Part shown: piece by piece, positions 17,666-26,991 of the stretch
Position numbering within the stretch: position 1 is the first letter of the stretch
How the letters are laid out: the number at the start of each line of letters is the position of its first letter
Origin: an uncultured delta proteobacterium
Lineage (GTDB): Bacteria > Myxococcota > Myxococcia > Myxococcales > Myxococcaceae
DNA: 42,443 bases
Direction of reading: 5' to 3'
Assembly (NCBI GenBank): GCA_963776345.1
Contig: CAVZMH010000005.1
Location: forward strand, 1-42,443
Position numbers and translations under genes: made by a program
Notes under the pieces: model-generated
The model's input: the letters and a program-made list of their open reading frames with translations, nothing else
Database searches by the model: none
What the model was told of the DNA's origin: nothing

Positions 17666-17704
17666 GTTGGGGGAGCCCCGTGATACATCAACCCCCTGGC
17701 GTCC

Positions 17705-18670
17705 ATGGGCTCGATCAAGATCGCGCGGCTGCTGGAGGACCAGGACTACGGGCTCCAGCTGAGCCTGGTGACCGGGGCCGAGGGGCTGGGGCGCGTCATC
17801 ACCAGCTCGCGCATCCAGAAGCCGGGCCTGGCGCTGGCCGGGTACACCGAGCACCTCCACGCCGAGCGGGTGCAGGTCTTCGGCAACACCGAGATCGCCT
17901 ACCTCAACACGCTGGACGAGGCCACCCAGCGCGAGGCGCTGAGGAAGCTCAGCGACTCGGACCTGGCCTGCGTGGTGGTCACCAAAGATCTGGAAATCCC
18001 CCGCTCGCTGGTGGACATCTGCAGCGCGGCGCAGCTCGCGCTGATGAAGACCCCGCTGCTCAGCTCCACCTTCATCCAGCAAGTCACCGCCTTCCTCGAG
18101 GAGGCGCTCACCGAGTCCGCCAGCCTGCACGGCGTGCTGATGGACGTCATCGGGGTGGGCATCCTCCTGCTGGGCAAGTCCGGCATCGGGAAGAGCGAGA
18201 TCGCCCTCGACCTGGTGACCCGCGGCCACCGGCTGGTGGCGGACGACATCGTCGAGGTCACCCGGCGCAAGCAGGACACGGTGTACGGGTCCGGCAACCC
18301 CATCATCAAGCACCACATGGAGATCCGGGGCCTCGGCATCATCAACATCAAGGACCTCTTCGGCGTGGCCGCGGTCCGTGACCGGAAGAAGATCGAGCTG
18401 GTCATCGAGCTGGTGGAGTGGGACCCCCACCGCGAGTACGACCGGCTGGGCGTCGAGGAGCGCTTCTTCAACGTGGTCGGGGTGGACCTGCCGGTCTCCA
18501 CCATCCCTGTCCGGCCGGGCCGGAACATCACCACCCTGGTCGAGGTGGCCGCCCGGAACCACTTGCTCAAGCTCCAGGGTCACCACAGCGCCAAGGAGTT
18601 CGCCGAGCAGCTCAACCGCGCCATCGCCGAGGGCGCCATGCGGAGGACCCTGGGCGAGGAGGTGGAGTGA
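17705..18670 (+). CDS. hprK: HPr(Ser) kinase/phosphorylase
   Basis: '[41 protein letters not shown]', '[11 protein letters not shown]', 'PVRPGRN'. Confidence 0.97.
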   Translation: MGSIKIARLLEDQDYGLQLSLVTGAEGLGRVITSSRIQKPGLALAGYTEHLHAERVQVFGNTEIAYLNTLDEATQREALRKLSDSDLACVVVTKDLEIPRSLVDICSAAQLALMKTPLLSSTFIQQVTAFLEEALTESASLHGVLMDVIGVGILLLGKSGIGKSEIALDLVTRGHRLVADDIVEVTRRKQDTVYGSGNPIIKHHMEIRGLGIINIKDLFGVAAVRDRKKIELVIELVEWDPHREYDRLGVEERFFNVVGVDLPVSTIPVRPGRNITTLVEVAARNHLLKLQGHHSAKEFAEQLNRAIAEGAMRRTLGEEVE

Positions 18671-19542
18671 TGGACGCCCCGGCGAACGAGCGCCGGCGCA
18701 TCGTCATCCTCACCGGGGTCTCGGGGTCGGGAAAGTCCACGGCGGTCCGGGCTCTGGAGGACGCCGGGTACTTCTGCATCGACAACCTGCCCGTGGTCCT
18801 CCTTCCCCAGCTCACGGGGCTGGCCGAGCTGGCGCGGCCTGACACCCGTCTGGCGCTGGTGGTCGACGCACGGGAGGGCGAGATGCTCCGGCAGGCGCCC
18901 GGCATCCTCGCCCGGCTCCGCGCCGAGGGGCACCACGTCGAGCTGGTCTTCTTCGATGCGTCGGACGAGAGCCTGGTCCGCCGCTTCTCGGAGACCCGGC
19001 GACGGCACCCCCTGTCGGAGGACAGCGTGCCGGCCGGGATCGCCCGGGAGCGCGAGCTGCTCGCCGACCTGCGGAACCTGGCGGACCAGGTCATCGACAC
19101 CTCGCAGCTGAACGTGCACGACCTGAAGCGGCTGGTGATGGGCCGCTTCGGCGAGTCTGGCGCAGCGGTCCCCAGCCTCACCGTCATCTCCTTCGGCTAT
19201 CGGTACGGCGTTCCGCCACAGGCGGACCTGGTCTTCGACCTTCGGTTCCTGCCCAACCCCTACTTCGTCCCGGAGCTGAAGCCGCTCACCGGGGAGGACC
19301 CGCGGGTGGCCCGCTACGTCCTCGAGCGGCCCGAGACCCAGGAGTTCCTGAACCGCATCGTGGACCTGGCGCAGTTCCTCTTCCCCCGCTACCAGCGCGA
19401 GGGGAAGGCGTACCTGACGGTGGCGCTCGGGTGCACCGGCGGAAAGCACCGGAGCGTCGCCGTCGCCGCGGCCTTCGCCCAGCGGCTCGGGGCTGGCGGG
19501 GCGGGCGTGCAGCTCCAGCACCGCGACATCGAGAAGGAGTAG
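18670..19542 (+). CDS. rapZ: RNase adapter RapZ / YvcJ-family P-loop protein
   Basis: 'TGVSGSGKS', 'CIDNLP', '[12 protein letters not shown]', 'RFLPNPYF', '[10 protein letters not shown]'. Confidence 0.96.
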   Translation: MDAPANERRRIVILTGVSGSGKSTAVRALEDAGYFCIDNLPVVLLPQLTGLAELARPDTRLALVVDAREGEMLRQAPGILARLRAEGHHVELVFFDASDESLVRRFSETRRRHPLSEDSVPAGIARERELLADLRNLADQVIDTSQLNVHDLKRLVMGRFGESGAAVPSLTVISFGYRYGVPPQADLVFDLRFLPNPYFVPELKPLTGEDPRVARYVLERPETQEFLNRIVDLAQFLFPRYQREGKAYLTVALGCTGGKHRSVAVAAAFAQRLGAGGAGVQLQHRDIEKE

Positions 19543-19771
19543 GCGAGCAGGCTCGGGGGCGCCGGTGCTCCAGCCTTGTTACTGACGCTCAGAAGCTCGG
19601 AGAGGGTCGAAGGAACCCACGGGTCTCTCTGGACGCCAGCTGGCCCACCCCCGATCTCCGTCTTATTGTCCGTGGAGCCGTGAAGATCCGGTGCGCGGCG
19701 CGTGTCGAATGGTTGCAGCCCACGGCGGCGTGGGAGTAGGGAGCCGCGGCGGACTGCAGAAGAGGTGTCAC

Positions 19772-20197
19772 ATGGTTGGGCTCGTGGTCGCAGCCCATGG
19801 TCGGCTGGCGCAGGAGCTGGTGGCGACCGCCGAACAGATCATGGGAGCTTTGCCCGAGGTGGCGACGGTGAGCATCGAGCCGGGCACCTCGGCGGAGGCC
19901 ATCCGCGCCCAGATGCGGGACGCGGTCAAGGAGCTGGACCACGGCGAGGGCGTGCTGGTGCTGGCGGACCTCTTCGGCGGGACGCCGTGCAAGGAGTCGC
20001 TGCTGCTCTGCGGGAAGGCGAACGTCGAGGTGCTCGCCGGCGTGAACCTCCCGATGCTGATGAAGGCGGCCTCGCTCCGGAAGGAGCACCTGCCCCTGCA
20101 CGACCTGGCCGAATCGCTGCTCACCTACGCCCAGCGCAACATCCGCTTCGCTTCCGAGCTGGTGCGCGACGCTGCCGGGCGTCACGTCGCCTCCTGA
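19772..20197 (+). CDS. PTS mannose/fructose-family EIIA
   Basis: 'VVAAHG' phosphoacceptor His, 'ADLFGGTP', 'AGVNLPML'; GAGG RBS. Confidence 0.93.
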   Translation: MVGLVVAAHGRLAQELVATAEQIMGALPEVATVSIEPGTSAEAIRAQMRDAVKELDHGEGVLVLADLFGGTPCKESLLLCGKANVEVLAGVNLPMLMKAASLRKEHLPLHDLAESLLTYAQRNIRFASELVRDAAGRHVAS

Positions 20198-20237
20198 GGT
20201 GGCCGTCAGGGCGGAGCCCTAGGGTCCCGCCCGCACC

Positions 20238-20735
20238 ATGCCCCGAGCCCCCGTGATCACCTTTCTCCGCATCGACAGTCGACTCATCCACGGCCAGGTG
20301 GTCGAGGCGTGGCTTCCCGGGCTCAAGGTCTCGCGGGTGGTGGTGGCCGACGACGAGGCGGCGCACAGCCCGCTGATGAAGACGGCGATGGGTCTGGCGG
20401 TGCCGCCGGAGCTCGAGGTGGACATCCGGCCCCTGGGCGAGGTGCCCTTCGGGGCCATCGCCAGCGACAGCATCCGCACGCTCTTGCTCCTGCGGGACAT
20501 CCCGGCGCTCCTCGAGGCACGCAAGCGCGGGCTCCCGGTCACCCGGGTGAACCTGGGCAACGTGCACCACGGCCCGATGCGCCGGCAGGTGTCCACCTCG
20601 GTGTTCCTGAACGCCGAGGAGCTGGAGCAGCTGAGGACGCTGCACGATGCGGGCTGGGAGATCGAGTCCCGTGGAGTCCCCTCGGAGCGCCCGGTCTCCT
20701 TCGGCGAGATGGTGGAGCGCTTCGGGAAGCGCTAA
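20238..20735 (+). CDS. PTS mannose/sorbose-family EIIB
   Basis: 'RIDSRLIHGQV', 'VNLGN'. Confidence 0.93.
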   Translation: MPRAPVITFLRIDSRLIHGQVVEAWLPGLKVSRVVVADDEAAHSPLMKTAMGLAVPPELEVDIRPLGEVPFGAIASDSIRTLLLLRDIPALLEARKRGLPVTRVNLGNVHHGPMRRQVSTSVFLNAEELEQLRTLHDAGWEIESRGVPSERPVSFGEMVERFGKR

Positions 20736-20746
20736 ACGCTCCCCCC

Positions 20747-21461
20747 ATGCACGTCGTCTGGGGCCACGTCGCGCTGGCGGGGGCCTGGGGCGCGCTGGTC
20801 AGCCTCGAGCGGCGCGCGTTCCTGCAGGCCATGTTCAGCCGCCCCCTGGTGGCGGCCACCGGGATGGGGCTCCTCCTGGGACAGCTCCAGACCGGCCTCT
20901 ACCTGGGGATGATCCTCGAGCTGTTCTACCTGGGCACGGCCTCGCTCGGCGCGGCGCTCCCGGAGAACGACACCCTCGCGGCCAGCGGGACCACGGCGGC
21001 GGCGGCGATGATGGCCTCCCAGACCGGGGGGAGGCGGCACGCCGGCCATCTGGAGCCTCTCGCTCCTCCTCTTCGCCGGGCTCGGGTTGCTGGGCCGGGC
21101 CGTGGACCACAAGGTCGAGGCGCACGCCGCGGTGCTCAGCGCGCACGGGCTCGAGCTCGCCGAGCACGGTGAGCTCGAGCGGGCGGTGCGGCAGAACCTC
21201 TGGGCCATGTGGCCGTACGCGGTGGTCTACTTCGCCCTCAACGCCGCCTGTGCCGGGCTGGGGCTGTGGATCGGCTCGCTCCTCTCGCACCTGCCGCTGG
21301 TCGCGCTGCGCGGGCTGGCCTGGGCGTTCCCGGCGATGGCCTCGGTCGCGGCGGCCACGGCGGCGCAGGGCTCGCACGCCCGGCACGCCGCGCTCTGGGC
21401 GCTGGTGGGCGGCGCGGTGATGACCGGCGGCACGCTGGTGCTGGCCTGGGTGCGCGGATGA
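20747..21461 (+). CDS. manY: PTS mannose-family EIIC with one apparent +1 frameshift in a G6 run (21026-21031)
   Basis: 'QAMFSRPLVAA..GLLLG..GLYLGMILELFYLG...GAALP'; hydrophobic continuation in the +1 frame; span 715 = 3n+1. Confidence 0.82.
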
Positions 21462-22225
21462 TCGGCCCCGGGACGCACCTGCCGCGGTCGGTGAAGGTCC
21501 GGGTCTTCCTGCGCTCGCTCCTGCTGCAGGCCAGCTGGAATCCGAGGGGGATGCAGAACCTGGGGCTGGTGTACGCGCTCTACCCGGCCCTGGAGGGGCT
21601 CTACCCGGACCCGCAGGCGCGGCAGGAGGCGGTGCAGCGGCACCTGACCTTCTTCAACACCCACCCGTACGTGGCGGCGGCCATCGTGGGAGGGGTGCTC
21701 TACCACGAGGAGCGCATCGCGGCCGGCGAGGAGGACGCCCGCCGGGTCACCGAGTTCAAGAGCGCGCTGATGGGCCCGCTGGCGGCGCTGGGAGACGGCT
21801 TCTTCTGGCTCTCGCTCCGGCCGGCGGCGGGCGCCTTCTGCGCCGCGCTGGTTCCCTTCCTCGGCGCCTGGGCGGCGGTGCTCTTCCTGGTCCTCTACAA
21901 CGTCGTTCACTTCACGCTGCGGGCCCAGCTGTTCCGGATGGGCCTCCAGCTCGGCGACCGGCTGGTGGAGGCGGTGGCCCGGGCGCGGCTCCCCTCACGG
22001 GGGGCCCGGCTCCGGGCGGTGGCGGCGGCCAGCGCGGGGGCGGCGGCGGCGTACCTGGCCTTCGCCTTCGGGGCGCAACAGGGGGGCGTCGGCGGGTGGC
22101 TGCTGGCCGGTGGTTGTCTCGCCCTGGGGGCGCTCAGTTACGTTCTGGTGGCCAGGAAGGTTCCCACCGCCGCGCTCACCGTGCTGGCGGCGTTGCTGGC
22201 AGGGTGCCTCGGGGCCTGGCTGTAG
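21458..22225 (+). CDS. manZ: PTS mannose-family EIID
   Basis: 'QASWNPRGMQNLG', 'HLTFFNTHP', 'KSALMGPLAALGD'. Confidence 0.93.
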   Translation: MIGPGTHLPRSVKVRVFLRSLLLQASWNPRGMQNLGLVYALYPALEGLYPDPQARQEAVQRHLTFFNTHPYVAAAIVGGVLYHEERIAAGEEDARRVTEFKSALMGPLAALGDGFFWLSLRPAAGAFCAALVPFLGAWAAVLFLVLYNVVHFTLRAQLFRMGLQLGDRLVEAVARARLPSRGARLRAVAAASAGAAAAYLAFAFGAQQGGVGGWLLAGGCLALGALSYVLVARKVPTAALTVLAALLAGCLGAWL

Positions 22226-22242
22226 GATGCATGGGAGAGGTG

Positions 22243-22521
22243 ATGTCGGAGAGCGCGGAAGGCGAGTTCACCATCATCAACCAGCTGGGGCTCCACGCCC
22301 GGGCGGCCGCCCAGCTGGTCCAGCTCGCCAACCGCTGCAAGTGCGACGTGACCCTCAGGACCGACTCGGACTCGGTGAACGGAAAATCCATCATGGGCGT
22401 GCTGATGCTGGCCGCGGCCTACGGCCAGGTGATCACCGTCGCCGCCTCGGGGCCGGGGGCGGCGGACGCGGTCCGCGAGATCGGCGACCTCATCGCCAAC
22501 CGCTTCGGGGAGGCCCAGTGA
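22243..22521 (+). CDS. ptsH: Phosphocarrier protein HPr
   Basis: 'GLHARAA' (His15 equivalent) and 'NGKSIMGVLML' (Ser46 equivalent). Confidence 0.96.
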   Translation: MSESAEGEFTIINQLGLHARAAAQLVQLANRCKCDVTLRTDSDSVNGKSIMGVLMLAAAYGQVITVAASGPGAADAVREIGDLIANRFGEAQ

Positions 22522-22531
22522 AGGCGGCTCG

Positions 22532-24292
22532 ATGAGCACCCAGGCGATCAGCCTCAAGCTCGAGGCCATCGGGGCGAGCCCGGGCATGGCCGTGGGCCGG
22601 GCGTTCGTGCTCGACCGCCGCCGGGTGCGGACCCCCAAGCTGAAGCTCGGCACCCAGGAGGTGGAGCGCGAGCTGATGCGGTTCAAGACCGCCATCGCCC
22701 TGTCCGAGCACCAATTACTGGAGTTGAAGAACAGGCTCGAGCAGAGCGACGGGAAGGACCACGCGCTCATCCTCGAGGCCCACCGCCTCATGCTGCGCGA
22801 TCCAATGCTGGTGGACGAGGTGAACAAGCTGATCGCCTCGGACCAGATCAACGCCGAGTGGGCAGTCCGCCGCGTGACCCGGAAGATCAAGCACCTCTTC
22901 GACGAGATCCCCGACGAGTACTTCCGCGAGCGCCGGGCGGACGTGGACTTCATCGCCGACCGGGTCGTCCGCAACCTGCTCGGCCAGGTGGTGGACGTCG
23001 AGGAGGAGGTGCCCGAGGGAGCGGTCATCATCGCCCACGACCTGTCCCCCGCGGACGCGGCGATGCTGGCCCGGACCGGCCGGGTGGCGGCGTTCGTCAC
23101 CGACGTGGGGGGCTCGACCAGCCACACTGCCATCGTGGCCCGGGCCCGGAGCACGCCGGCGGTGGTGGGGGCGGGCCGGGTCTCCGAGCAGATCTCCCCG
23201 GGGGACGTGGTCGCGGTGGACGGCTCGCGGGGGCTCCTCTGGGTGAACCCGTCGGCGGAGACGCTGAACGACATCCGGGCGGATCTGGAGAAGCTCCTGG
23301 CCCGGGGCCGCGAGGCGCTCCATTCGGCGCTGCTCCCGGCGGTGACCACCGACGGGTTCCGCGTCCGGATGCACGGGAACATGGAGTTCCTGGAGGAGAT
23401 CCCCGAGCTGCTCGCCGCGGGGGCGGAGGGCATCGGCCTCTACCGGACCGAGTTCCTCTTCCTCGACCGGCTGGAAGCGCCGACCGAGGAGGAGCACTAC
23501 CTCGCCTACCGGAGCGTGCTGGAGAAGCTCGGCGGGCGGCCGGTGACCATCCGGACCGTGGACCTGGGCGGGGACAAGATGCCCGGCTTCCGGAAGGCGG
23601 AGCGCGAGCCCAACCCGGCGATGGGGCTGCGGGCCATCCGCTACTCGCTCCGGCAGCGGGAGATGTTCCGGGCGCAGCTTCGAGCGCTGCTCCGGGCGAG
23701 CGTGCACGGGAACCTCCGGCTGATGATCCCGCTGGTGTCCGGGGTGTCCGAGCTGCGCGAGGCGCGCAGCGAGCTGGAGCACTGCCGGTCCGAGCTGTCG
23801 CGCGAGGGCGTGCCGATGAGCGGCCGCTTCCCGGTGGGCATCATGGTGGAGACGCCCAGCGCGGCGTTGATCGCCGACCGGCTGGCGCAGGAGGCGGACT
23901 TCTTCAGCATCGGGACCAACGACCTCATCCAGTACACGCTGGCCATCGACCGGCAGAACCGCGACGTGGCCTACCTCTACAGGCCCCTGCACCTGGCGGT
24001 GCTCCGGTCGCTGAAGGCCATCGCCGATGCGGGTCGCGCCGCGGGCATCCCGGTGTCGATGTGCGGCGAGATGGCGGGCGATTCGCGGTACGCGCTGGTG
24101 CTGCTGGCGCTCGGGCTGGACGAGCTCTCGATGCCCGCGGGGCAGATCCCCGGGGTGAAGGAGCTGATCCGCCGCTGCGCCCGTGCGGACGCAGTGCAGG
24201 CGATGGACGAGGCGATGAAGCTCACCACCGCCGAGGAGATCGAACGGCATCTCCGGGCCACCGAGGCGCGGCTGGGAATCGAGCCCCGGTGA
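22532..24292 (+). CDS. ptsI: PEP-protein phosphotransferase (PTS enzyme I)
   Basis: 'GGSTSHTAIVAR', 'GIGLYRTEF', 'EPNPAMGLRAIR', 'DFFSIGTNDLIQY', 'MCGEMAG'. Confidence 0.98.
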   Translation: MSTQAISLKLEAIGASPGMAVGRAFVLDRRRVRTPKLKLGTQEVERELMRFKTAIALSEHQLLELKNRLEQSDGKDHALILEAHRLMLRDPMLVDEVNKLIASDQINAEWAVRRVTRKIKHLFDEIPDEYFRERRADVDFIADRVVRNLLGQVVDVEEEVPEGAVIIAHDLSPADAAMLARTGRVAAFVTDVGGSTSHTAIVARARSTPAVVGAGRVSEQISPGDVVAVDGSRGLLWVNPSAETLNDIRADLEKLLARGREALHSALLPAVTTDGFRVRMHGNMEFLEEIPELLAAGAEGIGLYRTEFLFLDRLEAPTEEEHYLAYRSVLEKLGGRPVTIRTVDLGGDKMPGFRKAEREPNPAMGLRAIRYSLRQREMFRAQLRALLRASVHGNLRLMIPLVSGVSELREARSELEHCRSELSREGVPMSGRFPVGIMVETPSAALIADRLAQEADFFSIGTNDLIQYTLAIDRQNRDVAYLYRPLHLAVLRSLKAIADAGRAAGIPVSMCGEMAGDSRYALVLLALGLDELSMPAGQIPGVKELIRRCARADAVQAMDEAMKLTTAEEIERHLRATEARLGIEPR

Positions 24293-24313
24293 GCCGGGGA
24301 GGGCGGCGCTCCC

Positions 24314-24994
24314 TCATCCAGGGACTCCCAGCCTTGCCCGGGCGGCCTGGAGGAGCTCGAGGGCGTCGGCGCCGACGATGGAGACGCCCTCCCAGCCCTC
24401 GCGCGTCCCGGGGAGGTCGAGCGCCCGGCCCCCGACGGCGATCGGCACCCGGCTGCGTGCCCGGAGCGCCTCCACCGCGGCATGCGCCGCCGGCAGGTGC
24501 TCGGGCAAGGTCACGCTCAGCGCGACGAGCGACGGATGGGTGTGCTCGACGAAGCTGAGGAGGCAGTCGGTCGGGACGTTCGCCCCCAGGAAGCGCACCT
24601 CGAACCCGTGCAGGTCCAGCACGTCGGCGCAGATGCGCGCGCCCACGTCGTGCAGCTCGCCCTCCACGCAGGCCACCAGCACGCTCTTGCCCACCGGCGG
24701 GCGACGGATCGACTGCTGATAGAGGTGCGACAGCGCCAGCTGCGACACCGCCGTGGCCTGGTGCTCCTGGGCGACGCTGATGGAGTTCTCTTCCCAGAGC
24801 CGGCCGATCTCCCGCTGCGCCTCCTGGATGACACGCAGGTGGAGGTCGATGACCGAGTTGCCCCGGCCGATGCCCTCCTCCATCAGGAGACGGACGGCTT
24901 CCCGCCGGTCGCCGGCGAGCTGCGCGGCGAGATAGGAGCGGGTCAGCTCATCGAGCTCGGGGCGGTTCCCGAGGCAGTCCTCGTCTGACGACAC
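24314..24994 (-). CDS. Stand-alone cobalamin-binding protein (CarH-type four-helix plus Rossmann domains, no HTH)
   Basis: W-x9-EH ('WEENSISVAQEH'), ExHxxG ('ELHDVG'), SxT ('LSVT') and 'VGG'; the N-terminus is too short for a MerR domain. Confidence 0.87.
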   Translation of the reverse strand: MSSDEDCLGNRPELDELTRSYLAAQLAGDRREAVRLLMEEGIGRGNSVIDLHLRVIQEAQREIGRLWEENSISVAQEHQATAVSQLALSHLYQQSIRRPPVGKSVLVACVEGELHDVGARICADVLDLHGFEVRFLGANVPTDCLLSFVEHTHPSLVALSVTLPEHLPAAHAAVEALRARSRVPIAVGGRALDLPGTREGWEGVSIVGADALELLQAARARLGVPG

Positions 24995-25114
24995 CGTCGC
25001 TCTCCGTGGATGTCCGGCCAGGTTCGGCTCCTGCCCGCGGCGGTCCTCCGCGGGGCGTGGAGGAATCTACCGCCACCGGAGGCCTTGCCCACACCGAGGA
25101 TGGTGCCGCGCATG

Positions 25115-26050
25115 TCACTCGGCCTTCTGCGGGGCCACACCCAGCGCCCGCCGCAGCCACTCCTGCCGGTCCGTGCGGACCTGGGGCGCCTCCATGGCGT
25201 GGCTGGTGGCGTAGGTCCGGAGCTCGCCCTGGCCGGCGACCGCCTTGCGCCAGGCCTGGATCTGCTCTTCGGGGACGTAGAAGTCCTCCTCGGCGAGCTG
25301 GATCAGGAGCGGCCCCTCCAGCGCGGGGAGCGCGTCGATGGGGTCGATGGCCGCGAGGCGCCGGCGGTAGTCCTCCCCGTCCGTGGGGCGTTTCTTCGAG
25401 TCGTAGAACATCCAGTGCTCGAAGCGCGGGGTGAGGGCGAGCAGCACCTGGCAGCGCGGGCGTCCGTCGGCAGCCGCGGCCAGCATCCCGGTCATCGCCC
25501 CGAAGTCGTGACCGACGACGGCGAGCTTGCCGGGGTCCACGCCCGGCTCCTGCGCCAGGAGGTCCAGCCCCCGGCGGAGCGAGACCACCTGGGCGGTGAG
25601 GGCCGCGGGGTCGGCGTCCATGCTGCGCTGCTCGTACCAGCCGCGCTGACTCCACAGGGCGTCCACCAGGAGCGACACCACGCCGATCCGTGACAGCTCC
25701 ACCGCCTCGTCGAGGAACTCGGTCCGGTTGCTCGTCGCCGGCTCCCCGAGCCAGTGGACCCACAGCACCCCGGGGCCGTGCGCCGCCTGCGACGGCGGAC
25801 GCACCAGGGTCGCGCGCACTGGCGCCGTCCCCGACGCCCCGGCGTAGGTCAACTCCACCACGCTGGCACCGGAACGGTCCGAGGTGGAGAGGGCCTGGAC
25901 CTCGAGCGGCGTGCCCGGGTCGGGGAACCGGGCGTCGTAGGCGCGCGAAGCCTCGGTCCGGGGCGGAGCCGCGGGACGGGTCCCGGTGCCGCCGCTGCTG
26001 GCGCAGCCGAGGGCGAGGGCGAGGAGCACGGCGAGGAGCGGGCGAGGCAT
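25115..26050 (-). CDS. Alpha/beta-hydrolase-fold lipoprotein
   Basis: Lipobox 'LALGC'; 'LDLLAQEPGVDPGKLAVVGHDFGAM' elbow; 'EEDFYVP' and a C-terminal His ('TSHAM'). Confidence 0.82.
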   Translation of the reverse strand: MPRPLLAVLLALALGCASSGGTGTRPAAPPRTEASRAYDARFPDPGTPLEVQALSTSDRSGASVVELTYAGASGTAPVRATLVRPPSQAAHGPGVLWVHWLGEPATSNRTEFLDEAVELSRIGVVSLLVDALWSQRGWYEQRSMDADPAALTAQVVSLRRGLDLLAQEPGVDPGKLAVVGHDFGAMTGMLAAAADGRPRCQVLLALTPRFEHWMFYDSKKRPTDGEDYRRRLAAIDPIDALPALEGPLLIQLAEEDFYVPEEQIQAWRKAVAGQGELRTYATSHAMEAPQVRTDRQEWLRRALGVAPQKAE

Positions 26051-26162
26051 GGGCGCGGGCACTCTCCGCACGGGCAGCCTCCGTCCGCAACCGGGCCTGC
26101 AGCCGAAAAGGAGTGGCGAGCAGCGGCCCGCCTGGGCTGTGCTGCCGCCACGGGGAGACGCC

Positions 26163-26954
26163 ATGGCCAAGCGCCGCCGGAAGCCGAAGGTCGACGAGGC
26201 GTACGAGTTCAAGGTCCACCCGCCGGGCACGCTCTCCCTCGACGACGTGGACCTCTCCCTGAGCGTCAAGGGAGACGAGGCCTACGAGGAGGAGCTGAAG
26301 CGGCGGCAGCGCGAGGTGTTCGGGCTGCAAGTCCGGATGTGGCAGGGCGGGTACCGCGCCATCTTCGTCTTCGAAGGCTGGGACGCGGCCGGGAAGGGCG
26401 GCTGCATCAAGCGCTTCACCGCCGAGCTGGATCCCCGTGGCTACAAGGTGTGGCCCATCGGCCCGCCCGACGAGGAGAGCCGGCGGCACCACTACCTCTG
26501 GCGGTTCTGGAACCGGCTCCCCGGTCGCGGCGAGGTCGCGGTCTTCGACCGCAGCTGGTACGGCCGGGTGCTGGTGGAGCGGGTCGAGGGCCTGGCGAAG
26601 AAGGCCGAGTGGAAGCGGGCCTACGACGAGATCAACGCCTTCGAGCGGATGCTCACCTCGGATGGCGCGCAGCTGACCAAGTTCTTCCTCCACATCGACC
26701 AGAAGACGCAGCTCGAGCGCTTCAAGGCTCGCGAGACCGACCGGTTCAAGCACTACAAGATCGGGCCGGACGACTGGCGCAACCGCCGGAAGCGGAAGGA
26801 CTACGAGGTCGCGGTCCGGGAGATGCTGGACCGCACCCACCGCCCGGACGCGCCGTGGGTGCTCGTCCCGGCCAACGACAAGCAGCACGCGCGGCTGGAG
26901 GTGCTCCGGATCTGCGCCGACGTGATGGCGACGGCGCTCGAGCAAGGCCGCTGA
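26163..26954 (+). CDS. ppk2: Polyphosphate kinase 2 family protein
   Basis: 'FEGWDAAGKGG', 'HYLWRFW', 'FDRSWYGRVLVERVEG', 'DDWRNR'. Confidence 0.95.
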   Translation: MAKRRRKPKVDEAYEFKVHPPGTLSLDDVDLSLSVKGDEAYEEELKRRQREVFGLQVRMWQGGYRAIFVFEGWDAAGKGGCIKRFTAELDPRGYKVWPIGPPDEESRRHHYLWRFWNRLPGRGEVAVFDRSWYGRVLVERVEGLAKKAEWKRAYDEINAFERMLTSDGAQLTKFFLHIDQKTQLERFKARETDRFKHYKIGPDDWRNRRKRKDYEVAVREMLDRTHRPDAPWVLVPANDKQHARLEVLRICADVMATALEQGR

Positions 26955-26991
26955 AGCGCACCGGGCCGGTCCGGGCTCGCCCCGCGCCCGT

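Noticed and set aside
16214..18586. 790-aa minus-strand ORF
   Set aside because: Its N-terminal part is antisense to hprK; only the portion from about 17665 down has GT22 character.
17705..24292. HprK plus a full mannose-family PTS as a novel system
   Set aside because: All components are standard, well-known families with intact catalytic motifs, and this cluster type is known in deltaproteobacteria.
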